Both the position numbers and the translations under genes were made by a program. This document shows, piece by piece, positions 1 to 11,548 of a stretch of DNA of 64,000 nucleotides (within the stretch, counting starts at the first letter, position 1; each line of letters begins with the position of its first letter). The notes beneath the pieces are model-generated. The model was given only the letters and a program-made list of their open reading frames with translations. It searched no databases and was not told where the DNA came from. Source of the stretch: an uncultured candidate division Zixibacteria bacterium (GTDB lineage: Bacteria; Zixibacteria; MSB-5A5; UBA10806); NCBI GenBank assembly GCA_963801605.1, contig CAWDFP010000011.1, forward strand, positions 96,001 to 160,000, read 5' to 3'.

Positions 1-1683
1 ACAATTTCTACGCCCTGAAGGTAATTGGTTGTCCCGTCAAAAATAGTAGTCGACGAAAGCGGCACCCAATTCGAGACGTTGGTTATATCAAAAATCCAGA
101 GCTTATGGCTTCCTGTTATGTAGAGTCGGCCATCAGCGGCTCTGGCAGTGCGACAATATTGCATCCTGCCGATGTCATATTCCTCAATAATCGTTGGCGC
201 CAGAGGATCAGTTAAATCGGCAACCTCGATAACCTGGGCGGAATTCTGGAAAATTGCATAGTGATCGAATGTTTCTAGAAAACCGGGTGTGGTGCTGTTA
301 TTAAAAAATCCAACTTGCGCCATATTAGCAGGATCGGAAATGTCGATTATTCGCAAGCCGCCGTTTTCAAGCAAATAGATGTAATGATCGTATTTGGCCG
401 CCTCGTAATGCACGTCATGTTCAGCCGTATAGCTGCCCAGTAACGCGGGCGATGCAGGATTGGAAAAATCAACTGCATACAGGCAGGTATTAGATTGTTG
501 ACATGAATAGACGATATTTCCGACGTATATCAAATTCTTGATTATCTGAGCGAATTCAAAATTGCCGACTTCATGTGGATCGTTTATGTCATTAATATCG
601 ATAGCTGTAATTTTGTATTCACCCTGAACAAATGCGATGTCGCTTTGAACCGTAACAGCTAAATCGTGCCCGTAACGATTATGAACTGCCTCCTCGTGAG
701 GATTAGTTGGTTCATAAATATCAATCAGTCGAAGTCCGTGATAATAATCGGCGACATAAATCAAATCGTCTTTGATGGCGAAGTTGACTATGTCCTGGCG
801 GAGGATAGTAGATGCCCATTGTTTGAGGATTGTAAGGCTCGGAAATATTAACTACCGCCAGGGGGCATTCAGGATCGCCATATGTCATGTAAGCGTAGTC
901 GTTCCTGACTTTTATTTTAAAAGCATAGGAAAGCGAATCTATTCCGGCGATAATTTGCATCGTTTTCATATTAAGCACCTGTAATCCTCTACTGCCGCAG
1001 GCCAGGTAGGCATAATCGCCGGAAACCGAAACTCCGGACACCCAGGTACCATCCTCAAAGTAGAATCGATCAACGATCAGCGGGGAAGTTATCTGAGTGA
1101 TATCCATAACTTTCAATCCGTGTTCGCCCCAGGCGGCATAAGCCGTATCTCCTTTGATTTCGATATCACCCATTTCGAACTGATCCTCCGATTCCCAGAT
1201 AACCTGGGAGTTGATCGGATCGCTGATATCGATGATTCTCAAACCATAACTGCAAACAAACGCGTAGTTCCCCGAGATTCGAATCGATTGAATTGTGCTG
1301 GTCGCTAAAGGTATTCTATGAATAATAGCGGGTTCGGCCCGATTGGAGATATCAATCACTAAAACACCGCTTTGAAAGGTGCCCAGATAAGCATAATTTC
1401 CGCTTACGGCCACCGCGTTGGCGCAATCAAAGGTAGTGTCGCCGATATAACACTGCCCAATATCCATGATGGCGTTGGGCTCAGAGATATTTACAATGCG
1501 CAACCCATCGGAATTGCAGGCGAGATAAGCATAATCGCCGTCGATACAAACATCTGTTACGCCATCACCCCAATTATGATAATATTGATTGACACTGGTA
1601 ATGTTGAAATTGTCTTGAGCGTGAACCAGGCCAAACGATAAGGCGATGATCGCGAGAACAAATAAGCAGCACTTCCCATTCAT
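1..1683 (-). CDS. Secreted LVIVD-repeat (beta-propeller-like) protein; one frameshift near 798; runs off the window start
   Basis: Signal peptide and repeated 'GDYAYLA...GLRIVNISEP' units. Removing one C near 798 continues the same repeats (DIVNFAIKDDLIYVADYYHGLRLIDI...) to position 1. Confidence 0.8.
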
Positions 1684-2169
1684 ACCATCCTCCGATCCCT
1701 TCCGAGAAACTGGAATTTTTTCAAAAGAACATAACTTACGAATTACGGCCGGTTTGTTTCTCTCCGCTCAAAGGCGTTATTCGATTTATTACAAAAAAAG
1801 ATAATTACGGAAATTAATTTAATGGATAATTTTCACATCTTCAAGAATAATCTTTTGTTTTTTTACCTCCTTAATTAGTAATTCGTAGCATGACGCCGAT
1901 TGTTTCGATTTTAAAGCTTTTTTTAGAATTTCAATAAACCGGATTCGCCTTTCAATCCGAGTTTCTTATCAAATACTAATCACGGAATTACTACTAAAGT
2001 AATAACAATGAAACCGTTTTAATTCTCCGGTTATTCTCGTAAACGTCTATAATTCAATAAGATAAAAGCCTAAAAAATGGAACTTGAGTTATGAAATTAA
2101 AACTTTTTAACTTTCGAACCTGAGAAGAACTGTTTCGGGGATTTTAGGCGATTATTATCGTTAGGGCAT

Positions 2170-3033
2170 TTATCTGAAATTAAATACGAAATCCACCCAG
2201 GGTAATCCGGGGAAAATAAAATCCTCGCCGGTTGGTGTAATAAATCCCAAATCGAAACTCATGTTTTCGCCGAAAAATCGCGCTCCGTAGGAGATTAGAG
2301 GATTATCGACTTTCGGGAAAATCCAGTTCTCCGAAACAAATGATATTCTCCTGGAAATACGTTTCTCGCCTCCAATTACCCCCACAGGCTTGTTTGCGAC
2401 CCGGTTATCAACAAATCCGAACCCCAGGCCCGCGGTTATGCTGCCATCGGGCCCTCCATATGTACCGACTCCATATAGTATCCCGAACGCCGGTACATTT
2501 TCGTCGAATACTTTATGCGGAATCGATATAACCAAGGCTCCCAAGGCCAGACTGGTATTCTTCGATGTGGCCAGGCCTATCTTGGGAGTAAAATAATATA
2601 TCTGCTTATCGAAACCGAGTCCGGGAAATAACGAAACCCCGCCCCCAAGAGTGATATTATCGGTCAGGCCATAGGAAATGCCGGGAAAGAAAATATAATA
2701 ATCGGAAAAATATCCCTGCCCTTTCTTCAGCATGTGCGCTGTAGGGGAGAAGAATAATCGAGTAGCATTTGGATTTTCAAACCAGTATTTACCATTTTTT
2801 ACGCTTGATTGTGGAACCTCACGTACTTCTCTGATTTTCGTTTTGAGTATTTTCAAAACGCCCAAATCCGATTGAAAAGTAATCTCGTTTTCGTCGATAG
2901 CGGTTATCCGTCCGATAAGCTCTGAGCCATCCTGTAACTTGAGTATTTGAAACGACGTCGAATCGGAAATTTTAAAATCCAGATTAGGAATATTTTGAGC
3001 CGCGGCAAAATCGGTCATAAAACATATTGCCAA
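2170..3033 (-). CDS. Hypothetical exported/outer-membrane protein
   Basis: 287-aa ORF with Gly/aromatic beta-strand pattern and C-terminal FNFR. The true start may lie slightly upstream. Confidence 0.6.
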   Translation of the reverse strand: MAICFMTDFAAAQNIPNLDFKISDSTSFQILKLQDGSELIGRITAIDENEITFQSDLGVLKILKTKIREVREVPQSSVKNGKYWFENPNATRLFFSPTAHMLKKGQGYFSDYYIFFPGISYGLTDNITLGGGVSLFPGLGFDKQIYYFTPKIGLATSKNTSLALGALVISIPHKVFDENVPAFGILYGVGTYGGPDGSITAGLGFGFVDNRVANKPVGVIGGEKRISRRISFVSENWIFPKVDNPLISYGARFFGENMSFDLGFITPTGEDFIFPGLPWVDFVFNFR

Positions 3034-3269
3034 AACTAAAATTACAGTGCGGATAAGTGAATTCGTCGGAGGCTCCTTTTTCCAAAGTTGCGATTATTAT
3101 CTGAAATCAATCTATGAGGAATAGCATATTATGTCAACCTTAATAACTTGTTATTACGGGGTCCATAATGTTTGATTATATAGAAGTTTAATAAGTATAA
3201 GCATTGGAGATTCGGAAAAATTAATCAGCTAAACTTTATAATTTATTACTACAGTACGATATTAATATA

Positions 3270-3668
3270 TTACGCTGACGCTTTTACCTGAACGCCTTTA
3301 GCCTTCTTATCCTTCGAAAATCGCCTGGCGATATAATCGTCGAGCTCTTCGATATTCGAAAACTTGACTTTGGCGGTATATTCGGAATCAAATTCGCATC
3401 CTGACGGATCATGCTCGCGACAGATTTGGGGACGGTTGTCATAAATCCCACAGCGACCATCGGATGTCAAATGACGGCAAATCGAATCAATATGCAGAAA
3501 CCAGATATTGCCCTTCTCTAAATAAATAGTTGTACCATGATGGCTCAAGTACCAGCGCAGATTCTCGAAATCGATTTTGCGTGTCGGGGTGTCAATTTGA
3601 AGCATAATATATCGGCAGCATTTGGCGTGGCAGCGTATGCAAACATCCGGATTATCAAAAACGACCAT
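3270..3668 (-). CDS. YkgJ-family CxxCxxxCC cysteine-cluster protein
   Basis: CIRCHAKCC, CRHL...GRCGIYDNRPQICR motifs. Confidence 0.85.
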   Translation of the reverse strand: MVVFDNPDVCIRCHAKCCRYIMLQIDTPTRKIDFENLRWYLSHHGTTIYLEKGNIWFLHIDSICRHLTSDGRCGIYDNRPQICREHDPSGCEFDSEYTAKVKFSNIEELDDYIARRFSKDKKAKGVQVKASA

Positions 3669-3812
3669 TTTTCACTTACTCCTATTTAGATTAAAGGTCT
3701 TAAGACTATAGAAAATCAAACAGACCAGATTGCGCTAATTTATATTGTCCCAATGCCTATTTCAAGGCATATTATCATCCGATAAATAATTGGAGGGCAC
3801 GTCAAAGGAATA

Positions 3813-4899
3813 ATGGAATTTACTTTAGAAAAACGAATCGCCCACCGGGCAATTGTCAACGGCAAAGAGGTCCTGATCTTCAGCTCTAACGATTACCTGG
3901 GGCTATCGGCTCATCCAGCGGTGTTGCAGGCCGCATCCGAGGCCGCAGTGCGATATGGCGTTGGAACAGGCGGAGCGCCCGGCACTACCGGCACTACCCA
4001 GATCCATACAGAGCTATCGGCAGAAGTTGCGTCTTTTCAGTCGCGAAAGAATGCTGCTCTTTTCCCCTCCGGCTACCAGGCCAACCAGGCGATCCATCAG
4101 GCTCTCGATAGTGACCGCACCATTTTCTATGTCGATAACCGCCATCACCCGTCGGCCATAGATGGAGTGAAACTGGCCAAAAATTCGAGGATGGTGCGAT
4201 TCGATCATAACAATCTCGATATTCTCAAGGGGGCGATCCTGGCTCATCGGGGGATGGTCAATATCGTTTCGATCCCGTCGGTCTTTACGGTTGACGGCGA
4301 TATTGCGCCGCTCGATCGACTTTATGAGATGAAACAGAAGCTTGGCTTGATGCTAATTTTCGATGAAGCGCACGCCACCGGCTGCCTGGGAAAAACGGGA
4401 CGGGGGATAGAGGAGCATTTCAATCTAATCGGCGCCGCTGATTTTATCATGGGGACATTCTCCAAATCGCTGGGTTCGCAGGGTGGATTTCTGGCATACA
4501 ACGATGACGCTGCTAAGCTGTTGCGCGCTCATTTCCGCACGCTTAGAATATTCGACGTCGCTGTCAGCCGTATCGGCTGCCGCCGCGTTGAAAGCGTTAC
4601 GGCTTCTAGAAAGCGACCCTACGCTGATGGCATCTCTTCGTCACGTTAAACAAACGATTATCGAAAATTGCCAGGCGCTTGATATTCCTCTCATTTCCAA
4701 AGAGAGCATGATTATGCTCCTACCAAACGATAATTGCGACGCCCTGCAAGCGCGCTTATTTGAGGCCGGTTTTCTGACAATAGTAGTGAAGGCTCAACTG
4801 GCATCGGGCTTGCTTCATTGCTTGCGCATTATTCCGATGGCCACCCAAAGCGACGACGAGATCAAATCGTTCGCTCAAGCCATAAAGGCGAATCTATAA
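3813..4899 (+). CDS. PLP-dependent alpha-oxoamine synthase (BioF/KBL-like); frameshift near 4530
   Basis: SNDYLGL, FDEAHATG and TFSKSLG motifs. The C-terminal part lies in ORF 4483..4899. Confidence 0.8.
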
Positions 4900-4909
4900 A
4901 ACCGCTACT

Positions 4910-4962
4910 TCATTGCGAAGTTCGGTCGTTTCGACCGAATTGAAATAATCCCCCCGTATAAA
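4910..4962. repeat. Truncated copy of the ~132-bp CGTC-type palindromic element
   Basis: TCATTGCGAAGTTCGGTCGTTTCGACCGAATTGAAATAATCCCCC closely matches the start of 12421..12552. Confidence 0.65.
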
Positions 4963-5116
4963 AAGTTACTAATACCTGCCGGATGCCGCAATTTATTATT
5001 CCGGGAGGCCGATTAAGGCACAGCGGCGGATTTATTTGGCCGAATGTCGATTCTCCCGGGCATAAAAAATGGCGAGGCTTTGAATGCCTCGCCATAAGTC
5101 AGATTAATCTTAGCGA

Positions 5117-6595
5117 TTAATAATATTCATTCGAAACAATTTCGACTCTGCGATTCATCTGACGTCCCTCAGGAGTCTTGTTATCGCCAACGAAATAAGC
5201 CGGATTCTCTCCAAATCCCTTGGAAATCATTCTGTCGGCAGCGACACCCTGCTTAAGGAGATACTCCATTACGCCCTGGGCGCGCTTCTCAGACAAAGTT
5301 TGATTGGCCGCGTCTTTACCAACGTCATCAGTAAAGCCATCGATTTCGATCTTGACGCCGGTATAATTCTTCATGGTTTCAGCCAGATCGTCGAGAGTCT
5401 TCTTGGCTGGAGCGTCGGGCTCGAAGGAACCGGTTTTGTACTTAATGTTCAGTGTGATTTTCTTGACGGGCGGCTTGACATTCAACGGGCAGCCAAGCGA
5501 ATCAACCTTGGTGCCGGGCGGAGTGGTTGGGCACTTGTCAATACCGTCGCAAACACCGTCACCGTCGCTGTCCAGCGGGCAGCCGTCTTTGTCAACCTTG
5601 CAACCCTTGCGGGTATCCGGGCACTTATCGACACCATCGCAAACACCATCGCCGTCGCTATCGATCGGGCAGCCGGCTTTATCGACGACGCATCCCACCG
5701 GCGTATTCGGGCATTTATCGAGACCATCGAATACACCGTCTTTATCGGTATCCAGCGGGCAACCGGTGATATCGACTATCGCTCCCTTGGGAGTATCGGG
5801 GCACTTATCGAGACCATCGCAAACACCGTCGCCGTCGCCATCGAGCGGGCAGCCGTCTTTATCGACTATACAACCTACAGGCGTATCGGGGCATTTATCT
5901 TTCTTGTCCGCTACACCATCGCCATCAGTATCCTTGGCTTTACCTAATACATAGGTAAGGCCAATTGACGGTTCGATATAGCCTCTGAAGGGACGCTCTT
6001 TCCATTTGGAGTAATCGATGCCGGTATTTTTTGTGCCCGAAAGATTGGAAACTTCATAGGTAATCTTGCCCTGAATGTCCAACGTTACCTTTTCGGACAA
6101 CCAGAAATTAATACCCAATCCGCCTTTGATACCGAAATCTGTCACGCTGATATTTTGACCCACTCCAGAGACCGGTTTGAATTTCCACATATCAATTCCG
6201 ACACCGGCCAAAAGATATGGCTGTACCTTTTTGCCCGGCATAAAGTAGTAATTGGCGGTCAGGCCGATTGGAATATCGGTCAACTTGGAATTAGCCAGAG
6301 CTTTTTTCATGAATTTCAGGTTGGCGTCCTTGGTTGCTGTGGTGTCGTTGTAGGTTGTGTTGTATCCAATTGAGAGATCCACAACAAAGCTATTGCTCAA
6401 GCCGTGTTTTAAGAAAATCGAAACACCGGGGATTCCCATGCGATATGGTTCAGGTCCCCAATGATCGTCAAACGGAGTCCAAACCGGGCCTCGAATTCCA
6501 ACTGCGTTTTTGCCGGCCCAATCACCGGCGTTGGCTGAGACCGAAAACAGCATTACCCCCGCTAACAACAACAGAATTAAAATTTTCCCTTTCAT
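5117..6595 (-). CDS. OmpA-family protein: N-terminal beta-barrel, five thrombospondin type-3-like repeats, C-terminal OmpA domain
   Basis: Signal peptide MKGKILILLL, DxDGDGVxDxxDKCP repeats, GFTDDVG...NQTLSEKRA...NRRVEI. Confidence 0.9.
   Translation of the reverse strand: MKGKILILLLLAGVMLFSVSANAGDWAGKNAVGIRGPVWTPFDDHWGPEPYRMGIPGVSIFLKHGLSNSFVVDLSIGYNTTYNDTTATKDANLKFMKKALANSKLTDIPIGLTANYYFMPGKKVQPYLLAGVGIDMWKFKPVSGVGQNISVTDFGIKGGLGINFWLSEKVTLDIQGKITYEVSNLSGTKNTGIDYSKWKERPFRGYIEPSIGLTYVLGKAKDTDGDGVADKKDKCPDTPVGCIVDKDGCPLDGDGDGVCDGLDKCPDTPKGAIVDITGCPLDTDKDGVFDGLDKCPNTPVGCVVDKAGCPIDSDGDGVCDGVDKCPDTRKGCKVDKDGCPLDSDGDGVCDGIDKCPTTPPGTKVDSLGCPLNVKPPVKKITLNIKYKTGSFEPDAPAKKTLDDLAETMKNYTGVKIEIDGFTDDVGKDAANQTLSEKRAQGVMEYLLKQGVAADRMISKGFGENPAYFVGDNKTPEGRQMNRRVEIVSNEYY
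5483..5932 (-). repeat. Five tandem 90-bp (30-aa) TSP3-like coding repeats
   Basis: Five DxDxDGVxDxxDKCPxTxxGxxVDxxGCP units in register. Confidence 0.9.
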
Positions 6596-6677
6596 CTTAG
6601 CACCTTTCTCACATGTTGCATTCAAAATTAACATTTTTCCCTACTGTAATACTATATCGGCAAAGTTACTATTTTGA

Positions 6678-7121
6678 CTACGCCGCCCTTAACTCCGATG
6701 TGCAATGGGGGCAGCGCGTGGCGTTGATCGGAATACTGGTAAAGCAGTACGGGCAATCCTTGGCGGTAGGAGCCGCAGGCGCGGCGGCAGGTTTGCGGTT
6801 CAGCTTGTTCATCTGCCTGATCAACATGAAAATTACGAAAGCCACGATTACGAAATCGATAATGGCATTAATAAATAGCCCATAACTGATCGTGGCGGCC
6901 CCAGCCGCCTTGGCAGCAGCCACCGATGGATATGAGCCTCCGGAGAGATTAATATATAAGCTGGAAAAATCCACCTTGCCCAGCAGAAGGCCGATCGGCG
7001 GCATCAGGACATCATTAACAAGTGAGGTTATGATCCTGCCGAATGCCGCACCGATTATGATGCCGATGGCCATATCGAGGACGTTGCCTCGCATGGCGAA
7101 CTCCTTGAACTCCTTCAGCAT
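6678..7121 (-). CDS. mscL: Large-conductance mechanosensitive channel with C-terminal CxxC/CxxC zinc ribbon
   Basis: [27 protein letters not shown]; tail CPYC...RCPHC. Confidence 0.95.
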   Translation of the reverse strand: MLKEFKEFAMRGNVLDMAIGIIIGAAFGRIITSLVNDVLMPPIGLLLGKVDFSSLYINLSGGSYPSVAAAKAAGAATISYGLFINAIIDFVIVAFVIFMLIRQMNKLNRKPAAAPAAPTAKDCPYCFTSIPINATRCPHCTSELRAA

Positions 7122-7177
7122 AATATTTTCCTTTCTTTAGGGTTTATTATTTACACCTATCATGTTCCCGGAAAACA

Positions 7178-8111
7178 TCAAATCATCTTGTAAGTCAGGC
7201 CCAAACCAAACGTTTCCTTGAACCGTCCTCCCAGAGCTATTTCTTTATCGTAAAGCAATTGGGTATAAAGATTGACCGTAATGATTTTGGTAATCGCCGC
7301 CGCAAACGTATTTTCCCAGTTGACATCGACAGCTTTCCAATAATTGGCGTTGGGCAGTCCCTTGAGTTCATTCTTTTTGGAATTAAAAACGGCTTTGAAA
7401 ATTGTCAATTTGCCGGTGTAGGTAACATTCGATAGCAATTTGTATTGAGCATCGGTGACGGATTCAATACCGCCGTCGTTAGTAGTTAAGGTCTTAGTGT
7501 TTTTCGCCAGAGTATCAGCGGGAGTACCCGGAATAGCCCTATTGAGATTCTGACGGAACGCGAATCCCAATCGGCTCAGGATTTGATCCTTATCCTTCTG
7601 ATAAATCATCCGGGCGATACCGGCTGATTCTGTTAAGAGGATGGGATTAATGACGCGATCCAGCGGCTGATAGGAATCATCGAGAAATTGCGATTGAAAT
7701 CTGAAAGCAACGAAGGGATCGACAAAGGCATGAAGCGTGAATCGTCCCAGATTATCCAGATCAATTTTATCGGTTGACTTAAGGGGCTTAGCCCAATGTT
7801 TGGTGGTTTTATCCTGTTGATGAGTCTGGCCGAATTGCAGGTTGCTGGTATTTCTGAAATTAAACTTACTTGAGACCTGCTTTTCAAATGTGCCGTTAGC
7901 TAATGCCACCCAGGCGATATTTCCCGCCTCGCCGCCGGCCCAATTATCGGAATAAGAGTTCTGGCTTAGATTTAGGCCGATATTAAGCGTATTTTTCCAG
8001 GGTTGAGGGCCCGTTGTCGAATCTACTTTTGCCTCGATCCGCGAAGGCAACAACTGGTATCAAAACCAGGAGAGCGACGCATAAAATGATTTTTTTAAGA
8101 AATCTGTTCAT
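7178..8111 (-). CDS. DUF3078-like outer-membrane protein; frameshift just after the signal peptide
   Basis: SQNSYSDNWAGGE and KSTDKID motifs. ATG at 8111 gives signal peptide MNRFLKKIILCVALLVLIPVVAFA. Confidence 0.75.
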
Positions 8112-8270
8112 ATTAGCCCTTTCCAATACTCGTTTCTCATAAGAATCAATCTGTATTAATACAGACTATGAATATCCATAAAACGCATTGTAAACTTTCT
8201 TATAGGATAAAAAGCGCCAAAATGCAAAAAATATTTTATAAAAATCATCTTTGTTGCGTATAATGCAACA

Positions 8271-9185
8271 ATGTCTGATTCGCGTCCTCTACAGGAAGAT
8301 TACCGCCGTTATCTCGACCCGGCTACAGTCAGTAAGCTCTCATCCATCGAGCTTAAGGCCCGGCTCGTGGTTGAGGGGTTTATCGTGGGACTGCACCGCT
8401 CTCCCTATCATGGATTTTCGGTGGAATTCGCCGAACATCGTCAATATATGCCGGGCGATGATTTTAAGCATATCGATTGGAAAGTTTACGGTAAGTCGGA
8501 TCGTTTTTATATCAAGCAGTTCGAGGAAGAAACCAATCTCAAGGCCTATATCCTCTTAGATGCGTCCCGCTCAATGGGCTATAAATCTAACGGTATCAGC
8601 AAGTTGGAGTATGGCTCCTATCTTGCGGCCTCGTTAGCGTACCTAATGCTTCGTCAGCAGGATGCTCCCGGGTTGCTCATCTATGATGAAAAAATCCGAA
8701 GCTATATCCCACCCAAGGGCGCTAGATCCCATATTACACCGATACTAAGACAGCTCAATAATACCGAGCCATCCAATCAAACAGACGCCGGCGTGGCTTT
8801 TCATGAGTTGGCTGAGCGAATCAAGCGCCGGGGTTTGATCATAGTTATCTCAGACCTGCTTGACGACCCCGACAAGCTTCTTATGGGCCTCAAACATTTC
8901 CGGCACCGACAGCACGAAGTTATCGTTTTTCAAATACTGGATCCTTTCGAACGCAGTTTCGAATTTAGTACTGAAGCTCGTTTTCGTGATATGGAAACTG
9001 GCCGGGAGTTGTTGACCGATCCCTGGCAAGTCAGGAAGGAGTATACCAAACGTCTGGAGGAGTATATCGGGCAGATCAGCCGCGCCTGCCGCGATTCGAG
9101 AATAGATTATCAACTTCTGGACACATCGATCCCGTTCGACCGGGCGCTTTTTGGATACTTGTCAAAACGATCAAAATTAGGTTGA
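8271..9185 (+). CDS. DUF58 protein (MoxR/VWA-associated)
   Basis: GLHRSPYHGFSVEFAEHRQYMPGDD, IDWKVYGK, KQFEEETN, LDASRSM. Confidence 0.92.
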   Translation: MSDSRPLQEDYRRYLDPATVSKLSSIELKARLVVEGFIVGLHRSPYHGFSVEFAEHRQYMPGDDFKHIDWKVYGKSDRFYIKQFEEETNLKAYILLDASRSMGYKSNGISKLEYGSYLAASLAYLMLRQQDAPGLLIYDEKIRSYIPPKGARSHITPILRQLNNTEPSNQTDAGVAFHELAERIKRRGLIIVISDLLDDPDKLLMGLKHFRHRQHEVIVFQILDPFERSFEFSTEARFRDMETGRELLTDPWQVRKEYTKRLEEYIGQISRACRDSRIDYQLLDTSIPFDRALFGYLSKRSKLG

Positions 9186-9252
9186 CGAATTGAAAAATAT
9201 TGCGATATTAACAAAGATGTAATTTCTGTCAAGTAAGAGTAGGAGCAGTAGT

Positions 9253-10134
9253 ATGAAGAAGTTTCTGGTATCATTTGTCTTTCTCGCCTCTCTGCCCGCC
9301 GTTTCGCTGGCCGGGCCCCAAATGTCGGTGCCTGAGACACATTGGGATTACGGCAATGTGCCCCAAAACAGCATCCTGACGCACGATTACTGGATCAGAA
9401 ACATAGGTGACGATACCTTGAGGATTATAGATGTCAAACCTGGCTGAGGATGCACCTCAGCGCCAATCCAGAAAAAGGCATTGGCGCCGGGCGATTCCAC
9501 GGTCGTGGAATTAATTTTCGGAACCAAGACATCAAGAGGAAGAATTACCAAGAACGCCAAGATTACCTGTAACGACTCTACCAGGGCATCGCTGACAATC
9601 GATTTTGCAGCCAATGTCATCCTGGATCCGGATACTGTTTCGGTAGTAAAGTATACGCCGCAGCAAATAACATTCAGCAAGGATACGACCAAATGCGCGG
9701 TGACTGTCGCAAACAATGACTCTCTTCAGGCCAACCTCGTCATGGTCGGGATACCTGTTGATAATATCAGCGCCAAGGTAAAGAACTCGGCGATTAAAAA
9801 GGGAAAAAACACAAAAATAGAATTTGAATGGAAAGGCACAGAGCCTGAATATGACGCCAACCATGTTTTAACGTTTGCGACAGGTCTTCCGGATAAAGAA
9901 AGTGCGCGTTTTTCAGTGCCGTACACTATCAGAGGTACCAAAGGCCCGAAACCCGCGACGAAACCTCAGAATTCGGCGCCAATAAAGGCCAAAGACCTCG
10001 GTAAGACCGCAGTACCCGGAACCGTTGGGCAAGTGCAGCCCCCGGGGGTAAGTGTCAAACCGTTAAAACAGATTACGCCAGATAGCATTAACACAGTTAA
10101 GCCAATGCCTAACACGAAGTGGCCGCCTAAATAG
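9253..10134 (+). CDS. Exported DUF1573-domain protein, 293 aa, with in-frame UGA at codon 65 (candidate selenocysteine, U-G-C-T)
   Basis: ORFs 9253..9447 and 9481..10134 share a frame and are separated only by TGA 9445-9447. Read-through gives IRNIGDDTLRIIDVKPG-U-GCTSAP...LAPGDST, matching the DUF1573 'NxGxxxLxI..CGCT..I/LxPG' pattern. Confidence 0.8.
9445..9487 (+). promoter_or_regulatory. Putative bacterial SECIS element
   Basis: Stem GCGCCAAT (9460-9467)/ATTGGCGC (9480-9487) plus CC/GG closing the loop AGAAAAA. The stem starts 12 nt after the UGA. Confidence 0.6.
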
Positions 10135-10158
10135 GCGTTTAGATAGCTTTTATCGATG

Positions 10159-10190
10159 AGCCGCGAATTAAGTTCAATCGCGGCTTTTTT
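10159..10190 (+). terminator. Intrinsic terminator
   Basis: AGCCGCGA/TCGCGGCT stem followed by a T run. Confidence 0.7.
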
Positions 10191-10300
10191 ATTGGGAAAA
10201 GACTTTGAGATTTTACAAAACATATCATAAGCTATCGAAGTTGATAATGAACAAATATGATATTTAGTTTGGTTTACATAAAACCTAAGGAGAGATAAAA

Positions 10301-11514
10301 ATGAATTTCGAGCTCAACGATGATCAGCAATCGGTCCAGAAGCTTTGCAGGGAGTTTGCGGCCAAAAATGTTACACCCAATATCCGCGAAAACGACCGGG
10401 CGCAGAAATTCGATCCATCGATTATGACCAGAATGGCAGAATCTGATCTCTTAGGTCTTTGCCTGCCTGAAAAATATGGCGGGGCCGGAATGGATTATAT
10501 CTCCCTGGGATTAGCCTGTGAGGAATTGGAATATGCCGATACATCGGCCCGCGTGATACTCTCGGTGCATATCGGCCTTAATTCGCTAACTCTCCTTTCA
10601 TGGGGCAACAAATTCCAAAAAGAGAAATATCTCATACCGCAGGCCAAAGGAGAGAAGATCGCCAGTTTCGGCCTGACCGAACCGAACGCCGGTTCCGATG
10701 CAGTTGGAATTCAATCAACCGCTGTGAAAAAGGGGAATAAGTATATCTTGAACGGCGAGAAGATGTGGATCAGCTTAGCCGATGTAGCCGATAATTTTCT
10801 CGTCTTTGCCTGGACTGATCTCGAAAAAAAGAGAAAGCGCGACCACACCGGCATATCGGCTTTTATTATCGAAAGGGCCTTTTCCGGCGTGACCACCGCT
10901 ACAATCCACGGCAAGCTTGGGGTGCGGGCCGGCAATACCGGCTCAATCGCCATGCAGGATGTTGAAGTGCCGTCGGAGAATCTTCTGGGCAACGAGGGCG
11001 AGGGTTTCAAGATCGCCATGTTCTGCCTGGAGCAGGGACGATACACCGTAGCAGCCGGTTCAACAGGATTGATCAGGGCATGTCTCGACGCCAGTGTCAC
11101 CTATTCCCACACCCGTAAAACTTTCGATATGCCGATTGCCGAACATCAGCTTGGTCAAGGAGATGATTGCCGGCATGGCAGCGGGATATGAGTACTCAAG
11201 GCTTCTCTGGCTAAAAGCCGGATGGCTGAAAAACATGGGGGAGAGAGCTACCAGAGAAACCGCCCTGGCCAAGTGGATCGCCTGCGAGCAGGCTGAAAAA
11301 GCGGCTGCCGATGCCGTTCAGGTGCATGGAGCGTACGGATTCTCAGATGAATATCCGGTGGAGCGCTTCTATCGCAATTCCAAGGGGGCCTCGATTTATG
11401 AGGGCACCCGCGAAATCCAGAAACTGATGCAAGCCGATTATGCGCTCGGGTTTCCGAAAGGATAAGCCTCGCCGCTGCAACCTGCCTGCCTGGCCGTTTG
11501 GGAATGATGTATAA
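10301..11514 (+). CDS. Acyl-CoA dehydrogenase; frameshifts near 11150 and 11455
   Basis: FGLTEPNAGSD, LNGEKMWI, QVHGAYG and IYEGTREIQ motifs. The tail DKPRRCNLPAWPF is in a shifted frame. Confidence 0.9.
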
Positions 11515-11548
11515 CAACCTTGGTGGCGTCAGGTCCGCGAACCTGACG

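Noticed and set aside
9445..9447. Genome-wide UGA reassignment (code 4 or 25) as the explanation for the in-frame TGA
   Set aside because: TGA ends DUF58, galT, eno and others at their expected C-termini, and Trp or Gly would not fit a conserved Cys position.
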